Part shown: positions 19,576 through 29,346 of the stretch, in pieces | Numbering within the stretch: the first letter of the stretch is position 1 | Layout: the number at the start of each line of letters is the position of its first letter | NCBI GenBank assembly: GCA_052279835.1 | Contig: CP181291.1 | Coordinates: 320,001 to 384,000, forward strand | From: Microcoleus sp. | Lineage (GTDB): Bacteria > Cyanobacteriota > Cyanobacteriia > Cyanobacteriales > Microcoleaceae | Reading direction: 5' to 3' | DNA: 64,000 nt | Translations under genes and position numbers: made by a program | Notes under the pieces: model-generated | The model's input: the letters and a program-made list of their open reading frames with translations, nothing else | What the model was told of the DNA's origin: nothing | Databases searched by the model: none

Positions 19576-19854
19576 TTAGATTGCGGGTGCGGTAACGCCA
19601 TCAGTTAGGGATACTCCGATTAAGCTGCCACAGAATTTAGCGTTAAGGGTTAGAGGTTTCAAAAGTTGGGTCAGGTTTTTTAGCGTCACCCGAAGTCCAA
19701 TAAATTTCAACCACGCCAGGTAAACCGTTACATAAGCGAGGGTATCCTTAGTGTTATAAGCCCAATAATGCTTGCAGTACCAGCGTGACCATTCTCGCCA
19801 ATGCCGACGACTTTCTCTAATTTCTACAGGTGTGAGTGGGCGTTTGTCTTCCAT
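19576..19854 (-). CDS. Hypothetical protein (element)
   Basis: 92-aa ORF co-oriented with the other element genes. Confidence 0.5.
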   Translation of the reverse strand: MEDKRPLTPVEIRESRRHWREWSRWYCKHYWAYNTKDTLAYVTVYLAWLKFIGLRVTLKNLTQLLKPLTLNAKFCGSLIGVSLTDGVTAPAI

Positions 19855-19965
19855 GTAATTATTTTAGCAATGAATGAGATTTGACCACGGAGTTGAATTG
19901 AATTGGTTGAGCGTTTGCCAAGAAAACCTAACAGGTTTTGGAAAACTTAATAACATCTGATTCCC

Positions 19966-20517
19966 TCACTCACCAACTAAGCGCTTGTACTCAGCCTCAG
20001 CAGCCTTGTATTTTGGGCTTCCACCTTTGGTTACGCCCCAAATCTCAAGGATGATTTTTGCCTTGCCATAGCCCTTAGCCTGCAATTGCAGAATCCGTTC
20101 TAAGCGTTCTGAATCATCGTTCTGAGCTAGTTGATTTGAACGTTCAGAACTCAAACCGTCATCATCGCTACAAGTCAATGCTAGAGAGCGTTCTAGATGT
20201 TCCACTTGTTCAGAACCCGCCGTGTTTAGGATAGATTCGGCTTCCATCCGGCGCTGCTGTTCGGAGACATAAGCACTGGTAGCCAATTCATCAACAGCAT
20301 CAGCCACGACAACAGCCTCACGCATAGACTCAAACTCTTCAGCTTGAGCTAGTTTGAGGGCAACCCGCCGGGACTCTAAACAGCAAGCAAAACCGCCTAT
20401 CAGAGACAGTCCAGTAACCCAATTGTGCAGCGGAATTTTACGGCTGAGGGTGAACGGTGGTGCTAGCCAAAGAACTAACCCAGAGGTTGTTAACGCGCAA
20501 ACCTTTAAAAGCGACAT
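19966..20517 (-). CDS. Two-TM membrane protein with coiled coil and C-terminal HTH-like domain
   Basis: Likely start MSLLKVCAL at 20517; ends GYGKAKIILEIWGVTKGGSPKYKAAEAEYKRL. Confidence 0.7.
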   Translation of the reverse strand: MSLLKVCALTTSGLVLWLAPPFTLSRKIPLHNWVTGLSLIGGFACCLESRRVALKLAQAEEFESMREAVVVADAVDELATSAYVSEQQRRMEAESILNTAGSEQVEHLERSLALTCSDDDGLSSERSNQLAQNDDSERLERILQLQAKGYGKAKIILEIWGVTKGGSPKYKAAEAEYKRLVGE

Positions 20518-20774
20518 AGCATCACCCCCAAACCGAATAAAACAGCGACTATACCTGCAACCAAAATCCCTTGCAGGTCTAGGAGTGTGATGCGGAATTT
20601 CAAGCACAGCCAGTCGTCTAGTATCCAACCTAGAACCCAGCACAGGACTACGACTAGGTACAAGGCTCTTACCAAAACCTGTAACCCAGAATTGAGCGAC
20701 GCTATCCAGCAGAGGAAACTGGAAGCGATCGCACAACTCACAAAAGTGTTGAAAAGTGCGATCGCTCTGCTCAT
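20505..20774 (-). CDS. Small multi-TM membrane protein
   Basis: 89 aa, three hydrophobic segments, overlaps both neighbours (translational coupling). Confidence 0.65.
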   Translation of the reverse strand: MSRAIALFNTFVSCAIASSFLCWIASLNSGLQVLVRALYLVVVLCWVLGWILDDWLCLKFRITLLDLQGILVAGIVAVLFGLGVMLCRF

Positions 20775-21274
20775 GGTTTTAACCCTTGCAGCTTGGCTTT
20801 AATTTCACCGATGCGACTTTCGGCATTATTAGCAGCTTGCTCCAAGCCCATGCCCAATCGAGCGTAAGCAGGACGCAATCCGTGCAAGTGTTTACCTAGA
20901 CGTGCGTCGGCGCGCTTTTTTACGAGTTCGTTGTCGGCAACCACGCCCTCATACTTGCGGTGGTGTTTATGGACTTTGGCATCGGCTTCTTCAATCTTGC
21001 CAGCAGCTTCATAAGCCCGTTTGGCGTGACGCGCACCCTCAGTTTTCTCCTTTGCCAGCGTCTTCATCGCGTCGGCTTCTTCTTCTGTGAAGTAACGGGG
21101 TTTTTCGATGATGGGGACTGAGCGTTCACTTGCTACGAACTTGCCCGGATTTAGCGGACTGATTGCGTCGGCACTGGTTGGGGCTAAAACGGTGGAATGG
21201 TTAATAGCGTGGCTACCATGAGCTAAACCGCCCGATTTTTCGTCATTCTTAAAGATTTTGTTCATGCGTCCCAT
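20771..21274 (-). CDS. Hypothetical coiled-coil protein (element)
   Basis: 167 aa, helical and charged; ATGA overlap with the next gene. Confidence 0.7.
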   Translation of the reverse strand: MGRMNKIFKNDEKSGGLAHGSHAINHSTVLAPTSADAISPLNPGKFVASERSVPIIEKPRYFTEEEADAMKTLAKEKTEGARHAKRAYEAAGKIEEADAKVHKHHRKYEGVVADNELVKKRADARLGKHLHGLRPAYARLGMGLEQAANNAESRIGEIKAKLQGLKP

Positions 21275-21773
21275 ATTCGGCTCCTATTTGAATGTTGATG
21301 CGGATTTTAGGGAATAAATTGAGCGGGTTAATTTGTCGCCACATGGACATAGCCAGCACAAATACCCCCACAGAAGCGAGTACAAGTGCGATGAGTTGCC
21401 CAAAATCAACCCAGTCAAAGAAAGTGGAATTCTGGCGGGTAAAGTTGCAGACGGGAAAGGAACCGTCATTAGTCCAATCAAAGGTGTCTACACTGTCTAC
21501 AGCTTGTAAGTCAAGCGGTTCAGATGTTTTGTCTACACTGTCTACACTTGCAACTTTATTGGTGTCTACACTGTCTACAGTCGCCGTCTCAAGGGATTCA
21601 CCGTCAACTAGGTACAGTTCTAGCAGTGCTTCCCATGTAGCAGTTTTGCTGAGTTTCCCGAACTGTTTGGCATCTTCATTGGTGAAACCGCGGTCGTAGG
21701 CGATCGCTTTGAGCTTGTCAATGCGACGGTGGCTGATGGGGGGTTCAGTCATGGCAAAACCCCGCCAACTCAA
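21249..21773 (-). CDS. Hypothetical protein with VDSVD repeats and a C-terminal TM
   Basis: 174-aa ORF; the repeats derive from TGTCTACA pairs. Confidence 0.65.
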   Translation of the reverse strand: MSWRGFAMTEPPISHRRIDKLKAIAYDRGFTNEDAKQFGKLSKTATWEALLELYLVDGESLETATVDSVDTNKVASVDSVDKTSEPLDLQAVDSVDTFDWTNDGSFPVCNFTRQNSTFFDWVDFGQLIALVLASVGVFVLAMSMWRQINPLNLFPKIRINIQIGAEYGTHEQNL

Positions 21774-22016
21774 TCATTAAGAGTTGCGATCGTCCATTGG
21801 GACAATCGGCTGAATGTGGCATTATATTTAGGCTCCAAACGTTGTAGATAAACGGTTTGGGGAAGTCGTGACTTGGCTAGCATTGCAAGTGCTAATCAGT
21901 CGCGCATCAATCTTCCTTAGTTACATACGATCGCAGCTTCCCAGCAAACTGTCAACAGTTCGGTTGTAAAATTTAGTGTCGCAAAAGTTGCCCAGAGAAT
22001 CAACATATTAACAGTA

Positions 22017-23262
22017 TCAAAGGGGGCGTAAATGCTCCAAAATTTTGCCGTCCAAATACACAGAATTAATCACCCTTTCCGACGTATCGCACCATTTAGC
22101 CACAACTGCACTCGGTACACCCTTGCCAACCTGTTCGCTGATAAAAGTATCCCGGCAAGAGTAGGGAGTGGTAGTTTTCCGCTGTCCTTCAATCTCGCGA
22201 GTTTTCTCAGTAATTGGGTCAACCAACTTATGCCAAGTGCGGATAGTGAAATTGCTGTAATTAATCGCCCCGCCCTTTTTGGGTGATGGAAAAACCAGAC
22301 TGTTTTTGTCTGCCAAGTTTTCCGGTTCAAGGTTTCTTAAAAACTCCCTTAATTCCTGATTGCAAGGGAACCTACGACGCTTGTTGTTTTTACTACCATC
22401 AACCCTAGTCTCTATCCCGCCCGGATGCTGCACACTGCCGTTAAACACAATGTGAGAAAAGTCGGAGGCAATATCGCGCCACCTCAAGCCAACAGCTTCA
22501 GAGGGACGACATCCAGTCATGAACCAAAACTGCACCAAAGGGTAATAAAAGCAAAGTTTCTGCCCTCCATAGCCCCTGCCGTTCCAATTCCCCTTGTGGT
22601 TTTTGAAAGCTTCTAATACCAACGCCTTTTCTTCTGGACTAAAAGCGTTAGGTTCGGGGTCACTTTGCCAGTTATGTTTTGGCAAGTCGGCTGCCATTCC
22701 GTCAAAAGGGGAAGCGGACAACCTGGTGATAATTTTAAATTTAATCCCCCATTCAACCGCTGCATTCACGTAAGTCAAAACTCGCTTAGTCATGCTGTTA
22801 GTAGTATCGGCTAGCAGCCACGCGCGTATTTGCAAAGCATCATCTTCGGACAAACTTTGGTGGGGACAGCGGTTAATATAAGCCTGAATGCTCGTTACTA
22901 AGTAGTGAAAAGTTGTGGGCTTGACAGCAGGTTTTTTGAACTCTAAATATCTCTCAAACAATTTAGTTAGAGTCAGTTCCGGTTTAGGCTTGATTGTCTC
23001 AACAACAGTCAAGTGAGTGTGTGACTTGTACTTCTTGAGTGTGGGGTCAAACCGCTCGAACTTGATGTCAGATTCAATCAACTGTGCTTTAGCTTGTGCC
23101 AGTTTCCCAGTTTTCAGGGGTATCTGCCATCCCCAAAGATAGGTACTTTTGCTCGCCCCCGTACAAATGTCTCGGCAGTTGTAACCGCAGCCTACCCTCA
23201 CGAGTTGCTACAACCACAGAACCGTAAGAAGCTTTGCTGCCCGATTTGGGAGTTTTAGTCAT
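22017..23262 (-). CDS. Tyrosine integrase with N-terminal arm-binding domain; +1 frameshift near 23103-23108
   Basis: TGCRPSEAVGLRW, YSCRDTF and VINSVY. ATG 23262 gives MTKTPK...GRLRLQLPRHLYGGEQKYLSLGMADTPENW, one base out of frame with KLAQAKA. Confidence 0.88.
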
Positions 23263-23392
23263 GTATTTTTACTCAAACTCGATCGACCAATCTTACCAAA
23301 TTGACTACGGTTTGACTACGGAAACAGCGGACGGCAAAAACATTTTGTGAGAATTCCTTACAGGACAAAGGGTTTGCAGATTCCTTCCTATC

Positions 23393-23492
23393 GCTTCCCA
23401 TGCTGAACGTCGCGGGTTCGAGTCCCGCCGTCCGCTTATACTATAAAAACCTCAAACTCACGAGAAATCAACGGTTTGAGGTTTTTAAATGC
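23393..23492 (+). repeat. att site, right 100-bp direct repeat (truncated tRNA-Gly)
   Basis: Identical to 15490-15589; lacks the tRNA 5' half. Confidence 0.95.
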
Positions 23493-23605
23493 CAAGCATA
23501 GGGCTTAAATATAATGCTTGTGGAGACAATTTGGAGATAAATGCAAAGTCTTTCGCCCTGGAAACGATATTTTTGTATTTCCAAACCACAGGGCTTCATC
23601 ACCAA

Positions 23606-24490
23606 TTAATGTTTCCAAATATAGTCGGCAATGGGTTTGTCTGCGGACAAAGGAGAGAACGAAGTCTCTGTAGGCAAATTAAATAAGATCGATCGCGCTT
23701 TTACCGAACCAACTCCCAAACGCCTTTCTACACGGCTAGGAATCCCATAACCATAAACAAGATGTCCTGTCCCCGCTAACACTACAACTTGATAATCGGG
23801 ATTCGCTTTGACAAATTCAGCTATTTTTTCAGCCATTGTTTCATCCCACAAAATTTGAGCTTGCAAAAATCTTTCAAAGGCCTTACTATTTCCCTGTTCT
23901 GCTTTTTGATGTTGTTGGTAAATCTCTAGTAACATTTTTCGATAGGCGACGTTATCAGTGCGGATTTCTGCGAGTGGTGGAATGTGCTTTTTTTCATCGG
24001 GAGTGAGGCTTTCTAAACCTTGGGTGGCAACTTTTCTCGTTACTTCCGTTGGTGTGTTTAATGCCAGAAGTTGCAGTTTATTTTCTTTTGCCAATCGCAC
24101 AATCGGCGCGTAATATTCCCAGGGAAAACGCCATCTTTGATTGTATTCTGTTTGCTCAATCAATTCCTCTTCTGTGAGTTTACCTGCTACATATTGGTCT
24201 AGTACGCTTTGGAAGGGGCGCTGAAACATTTCAAGGGCGATCGCAATTTTCGGGTTTTGTCGCTGCATTTCTCGGATAATCACCAGTTGAGCTTGATGGT
24301 CTTCGATGCGATCGTGGGTTTCTCCCAGATACACGACTCTTGCCTTTACCAACTGTTGCATAATCTCAGAGTTGCTATAAGTCTGCTCTGGCTGAGGGCT
24401 GGCTGTCGGTTCCGCGGTGGCTGCACTGCTGCACCATAAAAAAATACTGAGCGATAGGGCGCACAGTTTGATGAGTTTGGTTGTTTTCAT
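23606..24490 (-). CDS. ChaN family (haem/iron uptake) protein
   Basis: VVYLGETHD, IALEMFQRPFQ, QILWDETMA, LAGTGH. Confidence 0.85.
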   Translation of the reverse strand: MKTTKLIKLCALSLSIFLWCSSAATAEPTASPQPEQTYSNSEIMQQLVKARVVYLGETHDRIEDHQAQLVIIREMQRQNPKIAIALEMFQRPFQSVLDQYVAGKLTEEELIEQTEYNQRWRFPWEYYAPIVRLAKENKLQLLALNTPTEVTRKVATQGLESLTPDEKKHIPPLAEIRTDNVAYRKMLLEIYQQHQKAEQGNSKAFERFLQAQILWDETMAEKIAEFVKANPDYQVVVLAGTGHLVYGYGIPSRVERRLGVGSVKARSILFNLPTETSFSPLSADKPIADYIWKH

Positions 24491-24770
24491 ACAAATATTA
24501 TGCCCTTTTTCTCGATCGCAGGCAGTGCCAGACTCTAGTATTTTAACTTCATACCCACAAGCTCATTAGTAATAATCCTTTACCTTCTGCCCTCTTGCTG
24601 CTGCCTTTATTTGTAAAGTTTAGTTGCAGGTAGTTGCACTTTTCAAACCAGGTGCTAAATTAACAATATGAAGCAAATAAAAAGCTTCTCTGACAGATGC
24701 CACAGCGAAGTTCAAAATTGAATATTAAGGAGTAAAACGCTGTTTAATCTCAAATCTGTCTCATCAAAAG

Positions 24771-24917
24771 TCAATAGCAGCACCCACCAACAAAGCTGAT
24801 AATTCCTCAAATAATTAGAGGGAGCAATGCCAAGGAATTTCGGAATTTATGGCAACTCCGTATCGAAGTTGAAAAAAGAGGAAATCCCTCGGTACATATG
24901 GTTAGGTGCTGTTGTTG
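24771..24917 (+). ncRNA. Candidate structured sRNA, PsrR1/SyR1-like
   Basis: Long-range pairing CAATAGCAGCACC-CACCA / TGGTTAGGTGCTGTTGTTG. Core CCGTATCGAA...GAAATCCCTCGG..TATGGTTAGG resembles PsrR1 as I recall it. Ends uncertain. Confidence 0.45.
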
Positions 24918-24935
24918 TTACAAAAAGAGATTATG

Positions 24936-25044
24936 TAGCCTTTCTCAGAAAGATGAGGTAAGATCGGTAATTGGTAATGGGTAATTAGTAATACCCTATG
25001 TCCCATGACCCATTACCCTGTACCCACCTAACTGATAAAGGCTA
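24936..25044. mobile_element. 109-bp MITE with ends like the IS630 in this window
   Basis: TAGCCTTTCTCAGAAAGATGAGG ... CCACCTAACTGATAAAGGCTA followed by TA; interior is inverted heptamer repeats. Confidence 0.8.
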
Positions 25045-25083
25045 TAGCATTTTGTACTCCGCTATCCTAATGTCAGATTTTTT

Positions 25084-25359
25084 TTAACCCCAAGTGCGGG
25101 AATGCGATCGATAATCAGGACAGTCGATCGCGTCTTCCGACAACGCTATTGTAGGGCGAACGGGACACTTGAGGTGGTAGTCGCCAGTAAAAAATACACA
25201 ATTAGCACAAGGGATTTGGTGCATACGTTGGGCTCGGCGCAGGGAGTCGGTGACAGCACGGCCAATACTTGAAAATAGCACAAACATTAAGCCCCAGGCA
25301 GACACAAAACACAGGGGGACTAAAATAGGCTGTATTGTCTTAATCAAAAAGTAAAGCAT
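25084..25359 (-). CDS. Small membrane protein with Cys-rich tail
   Basis: TM then HQIPCANCVFFTGDYHLKCPVRP...CPDY. Confidence 0.7.
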   Translation of the reverse strand: MLYFLIKTIQPILVPLCFVSAWGLMFVLFSSIGRAVTDSLRRAQRMHQIPCANCVFFTGDYHLKCPVRPTIALSEDAIDCPDYRSHSRTWG

Positions 25360-25527
25360 AGAAATATTGCGAGTGTGGTAGAAACAGAGCACATATAAAC
25401 CATCTGGATAGTCGAATTGGTGATCGCACGACCAAAAAGTTTAAAATCATGTAAAATTCGATCGAGAAACCGGACCATTGTGAGATGATAGAGAACCGTC
25501 CTTAAATACAATTAGAGGAAATCAGTT

Positions 25528-26166
25528 ATGTCTCTGCGATTAGGCGATACAGTTCCCAACTTTACCCAAGCATCCTCCGAAGGAGAAATCAATTTCTACG
25601 ACTGGGCTGGCGATAGCTGGGTTGTGTTGTTTTCCCACCCGAAGGATTATACTCCAGTGTGCACTACAGAACTAGGTGCGGTGGCCCGTCTGAAGTCTGA
25701 ATTTGACAAGCGCGGTGTCAAAACCATTGCCCTGAGTGTCGATGATGTAGATTCTCACATGGGCTGGATTAAAGATATTGAGGAAACTCAAAAAGTCACC
25801 CTCAATTATCCAATTTTAGCAGATGGCGATCGCAAAGTCTCAGACATTTACGATATGATCCATCCTAACTCGTTAAATAACTTAACAATCCGCACTGTTT
25901 TTGTAATTGACCCGCAAAAGAAATTGCGTTTGAGCATTACTTACCCAGCGAGTACGGGACGGAATTTCAATGAAATTCTGCGGGTAATTGATTCCTTGCA
26001 ACTTACGGACAAATACAGCGTTGCTACTCCCGTAGATTGGAAAGACGGCGACGATTGCGTAATTGTACCTTCAATTACCGACCCCCAAGAGTTGGCCGAG
26101 AAATTTCCCAAAGGTTACACCCCAGTTAAGCCTTATTTACGGATGACTCCTCAGCCAAATAAATAG
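25528..26166 (+). CDS. 1-Cys peroxiredoxin (Prx6)
   Basis: FSHPKDYTPVCTTE; YPASTGRNF. Confidence 0.95.
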   Translation: MSLRLGDTVPNFTQASSEGEINFYDWAGDSWVVLFSHPKDYTPVCTTELGAVARLKSEFDKRGVKTIALSVDDVDSHMGWIKDIEETQKVTLNYPILADGDRKVSDIYDMIHPNSLNNLTIRTVFVIDPQKKLRLSITYPASTGRNFNEILRVIDSLQLTDKYSVATPVDWKDGDDCVIVPSITDPQELAEKFPKGYTPVKPYLRMTPQPNK

Positions 26167-26310
26167 GTTAAATTTACCCACAGGTTTGTAGTAGGGACGA
26201 CCGTCCTTACTACAAACATAAAAATTGCACTATTGTCTTAACAATTGAGATTTGAGGGGCAAAATGCTGTCATCAACAATCAATCGTATTGCGAATTAGG
26301 TAAACTCAGC

Positions 26311-27285
26311 ATGGATATTAAAAACGGCTTTGTAGGCACAATAGGCAACACGCCACTAATTAGATTAAACAGCTTCAGCGATGAAACTGGCTGCGAAATT
26401 CTCGGCAAAGCAGAGTTTCTCAATCCCGGCGGTTCCGTTAAAGACCGGGCTGCTTTATACATCATTAAAGATGCAGAAGAAAAAGGTTTACTCAAACCGG
26501 GGGGAACTGTAGTAGAAGGGACTGCCGGCAATACGGGTATTGGCTTAGCCCACATTTGCAACGCTAGAGGTTACAAGTGTTTAATCGTGATTCCCGATAC
26601 CCAATCCCAAGAAAAAATAGATGCTTTGAGAACCTTGGGTGCGGAAGTTCGGACTGTTCCGGCTTTGCCCTACAAAGACCCAAATAATTATGTTAAATTG
26701 TCGGGAAGATTAGCAGCGGAAATGGAAAATGCCGTGTGGGCAAATCAGTTTGACAATTTAGCAAATCGCCAAGCTCATTACGAGACAACTGGCCCGGAAA
26801 TCTGGGAACAAACGGAGGGTAAAGTTGATGCTTGGGTGGCTGCAACTGGTACTGGCGGGACTTTTGCTGGGGTAGCGATGTTTTTGAAATCGAAAAATCC
26901 TGCGATTAAAACTGTCTTGGCAGATCCGATGGGTAGCGGGCTTTACAGTTATTTTAAAACCGGGGAAATTAAGACTGAAGGTAGTTCGATTACCGAGGGA
27001 ATTGGCACCAGTCGGGTTACGGGAAATATGGAAAATGCTCCGGTAGATGATGCTATCCAAATTGATGATACTGAAGCCGTTCGGGTGGTTTACCAATTGT
27101 TGAGAAAAGAAGGGCTATTTATGGGGGGTTCTGTGGGGATTAATGTGGGGGCTGCTGTGGCTTTGGCGAAGCAAATGGGGCCAGGACATAGGATTGTGAC
27201 GGTACTGTGCGATGGTGGGGCTCGGTATCAGTCGCGTTTGTTCGATCGACAATGGTTAACTTCCAAAGGTTTGTCACCCAATTAA
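26311..27285 (+). CDS. cysK: Cysteine synthase
   Basis: KAEFLNPGGSVKDR; GTAGNTGIG; GTGGT. Confidence 0.88.
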   Translation: MDIKNGFVGTIGNTPLIRLNSFSDETGCEILGKAEFLNPGGSVKDRAALYIIKDAEEKGLLKPGGTVVEGTAGNTGIGLAHICNARGYKCLIVIPDTQSQEKIDALRTLGAEVRTVPALPYKDPNNYVKLSGRLAAEMENAVWANQFDNLANRQAHYETTGPEIWEQTEGKVDAWVAATGTGGTFAGVAMFLKSKNPAIKTVLADPMGSGLYSYFKTGEIKTEGSSITEGIGTSRVTGNMENAPVDDAIQIDDTEAVRVVYQLLRKEGLFMGGSVGINVGAAVALAKQMGPGHRIVTVLCDGGARYQSRLFDRQWLTSKGLSPN

Positions 27286-27455
27286 AAGTAACCGAGGACT
27301 AAGGTATTCCTAGACCAAGGGCTGATGGGTATGTTTCCAGTTCTGTCTGGGAATTCCTAAATGTGTATTTTGTTGATTTGAGAAGCGTTATATGCTCGCA
27401 GCTATTCCCATGATAAAAAAATAGCATATATTGGGAATATTGTCAAATAAAAAGT

Positions 27456-27755
27456 ATGAAAATTATCGAATCTTCTAGGCGAGTTCTGGTTTGTCAAAAC
27501 CGGACTTGTCGCAAGCAAGGTGGAGCCAAAGTATTGGCAGCTTTTCAGAGTTTGTCACCCTCAGAAGTGGCGGTGGTTGCTAGTAGTTGTTTGGGACAAT
27601 GTGGCAGTGGACCGATGGTGTTAGTGATGCCAGAAGAGGTTTGGTACTGCGCGGTTTGTCCTGAAGAAGTAGCCTTAGTGACAGAGCGACATTTGCGGGG
27701 AGGAGAGCCGGTGAAGGCGATGCTTTACCGCAAATTTCATGGCTCTGCTAATTAG
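27456..27755 (+). CDS. Thioredoxin-like [2Fe-2S] ferredoxin
   Basis: VLVCQNRTC...CLGQCGSGP. Confidence 0.85.
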   Translation: MKIIESSRRVLVCQNRTCRKQGGAKVLAAFQSLSPSEVAVVASSCLGQCGSGPMVLVMPEEVWYCAVCPEEVALVTERHLRGGEPVKAMLYRKFHGSAN

Positions 27756-27769
27756 TCGATCGCCCTTGT

Positions 27770-29002
27770 TTAAAATTCTTCAGCAAACAATCGCCGAAGA
27801 ATTTCGGTAACTTCGGCACAGATTCTAGCATCGAGTTCGATCGCCAGACTGTCGGTACTTTTAGAACCATCTAAAGTTTTTACACCGCGCAAAGTCAAAG
27901 CTAAAGTTCTGAGTTTGGGTGGCTTTCCACCCGCCTTTGGCCGCTCGTCCACAAACCACATCAAAGCCAGGTAAACTGTTTCTATAGTTCCCCTAATCGA
28001 GCTGACTCCGTGGCCGAGTTTGGAGATAATTACTGGAGAAGTGATGACGCCATCCATCCCCAAAGTTTTAATTGCTTGATCTCCATATCGAGCCGTGTCA
28101 TTTCCCATGGCTTTAATAATGCTTTTGAGGCTATTCCACTGAGCACCTCGCAAGCGCGATCGCTGTTCCAGATTGTAGTGCCATCCTAACATTGAAACTA
28201 ACTTAGTCAGATCGTAGGCGCATACAAGATTATCTTGTTTAGGGCTATTTTCAGCGGCTGTGAGTACCACTTTTTGTTTGATTTTATCAAAAATTTGGGG
28301 ATTTTCAATAAACGGATCGTCGCCGTAGTCGCTGCGAAAAATGAGGTCATTATTGCCAGTAGTTTTCTTCAGCCACTGTTCGAGTCCTACACGAGTGTCA
28401 AAGCGTTTGAACATCGCCGCCAAGGAGTTGGAAGTTGCGATATTTTCTGTATAGCTAATCATGTCGGCGGCTAAATCATCAAAGGGAATATCATTTTGTT
28501 GCCTAGCTGCATCTCTAATCATGCAGTTACTAATGTCGCAGTCGGGATATTTGATATTTACTTGACAGACGGTATTGATTAGGGGAATAATTTTCGTAGC
28601 ACTCCAAAACTGAGCTTTGGTAAGTGCATTTTTTCCCAGCCACTTCGCCTGGATTTTACCATCCACAAAAGTGCCAATACAAACGCAGGCTTGTTTGATG
28701 TCTTCGTGGATAAAGTTTAAAGCTTGAGTGTCAATTTGAGGCATGACTCCCAGACTCGGAAAGGGGCTAAATTTGATGGGGTTATTGGCTGGGGGAATGT
28801 AGCTAATGAACTTTACACCGTCTGGTTTTTGCTTGAGGGAATCGGGATAGTTTTTAATTTCTTTGCGGTAAACAGACTTTTGAATTCCCCAGTCTAAAAA
28901 TGCTTGTTTTTCTAAGTTAGCTTGGATGTCTATTTCGATTTGGAGGAATTTTTTGAAAATGAGCGATCGATCTTTGGCAATTTCGATGGGAGTTGGGTTC
29001 AT
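27770..29002 (-). CDS. Hypothetical protein, possible serine beta-lactamase/PBP-like fold
   Basis: WSATK (SxxK), SNS and SKLG motifs. Confidence 0.5.
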   Translation of the reverse strand: MNPTPIEIAKDRSLIFKKFLQIEIDIQANLEKQAFLDWGIQKSVYRKEIKNYPDSLKQKPDGVKFISYIPPANNPIKFSPFPSLGVMPQIDTQALNFIHEDIKQACVCIGTFVDGKIQAKWLGKNALTKAQFWSATKIIPLINTVCQVNIKYPDCDISNCMIRDAARQQNDIPFDDLAADMISYTENIATSNSLAAMFKRFDTRVGLEQWLKKTTGNNDLIFRSDYGDDPFIENPQIFDKIKQKVVLTAAENSPKQDNLVCAYDLTKLVSMLGWHYNLEQRSRLRGAQWNSLKSIIKAMGNDTARYGDQAIKTLGMDGVITSPVIISKLGHGVSSIRGTIETVYLALMWFVDERPKAGGKPPKLRTLALTLRGVKTLDGSKSTDSLAIELDARICAEVTEILRRLFAEEF

Positions 29003-29038
29003 AATAGTAGTTGGGTAGTCCGTCGGGAATTTGAAAGA

Positions 29039-29320
29039 TTAAGCTTTTTTGCCACGTACTTGAATACGTTTATCAGTTTTTTGTTTCTTAGCCCAAGAGA
29101 TAAATCTCTGGAGTTGAGGGTCGTTTTTGAGCTTTTCCAGGGAGTTGAGCTCTTGGGCTAGGTGTTTGTTGTCAAATAGGGAGTGAATCTGGCGGTGACA
29201 AGCAGAACAAATGTCGATTGTCGGGCTGGGATCTGCGTTTTTTCGCTTGGTGTTTTGTTTGGGTATCAGGTGATGGGCGGTTAATGCTTCCATTTCGCGA
29301 TCGCACAATTCGCACTTCAT
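29039..29320 (-). CDS. Small HNH endonuclease family protein
   Basis: CELC...HHLIP...CSACHRQIH. Confidence 0.8.
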   Translation of the reverse strand: MKCELCDREMEALTAHHLIPKQNTKRKNADPSPTIDICSACHRQIHSLFDNKHLAQELNSLEKLKNDPQLQRFISWAKKQKTDKRIQVRGKKA

Positions 29321-29346
29321 AGTTTTTTCTATTAGTCCCTGGACGG

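Larger units (their letters stand above)
15590..23492 (-). mobile_element. 7.9-kb integrative element (integrated plasmid or satellite-like) at tRNA-Gly
   Basis: 100-bp direct repeats 7903 bp apart, integrase next to one end, primase/DUF3987 replicase, all genes on the minus strand. Confidence 0.93.

Noticed and set aside
19966..20736. 256-aa version of the membrane protein
   Set aside because: The extension overlaps the 89-aa TM gene; ATG 20517 fits translational coupling better.
15590..23392. Prophage
   Set aside because: No capsid, terminase, tail or lysis genes recognisable.
23393..23436. Second tRNA-Gly
   Set aside because: Lacks the 5' acceptor strand and D arm; it is the att duplicate.
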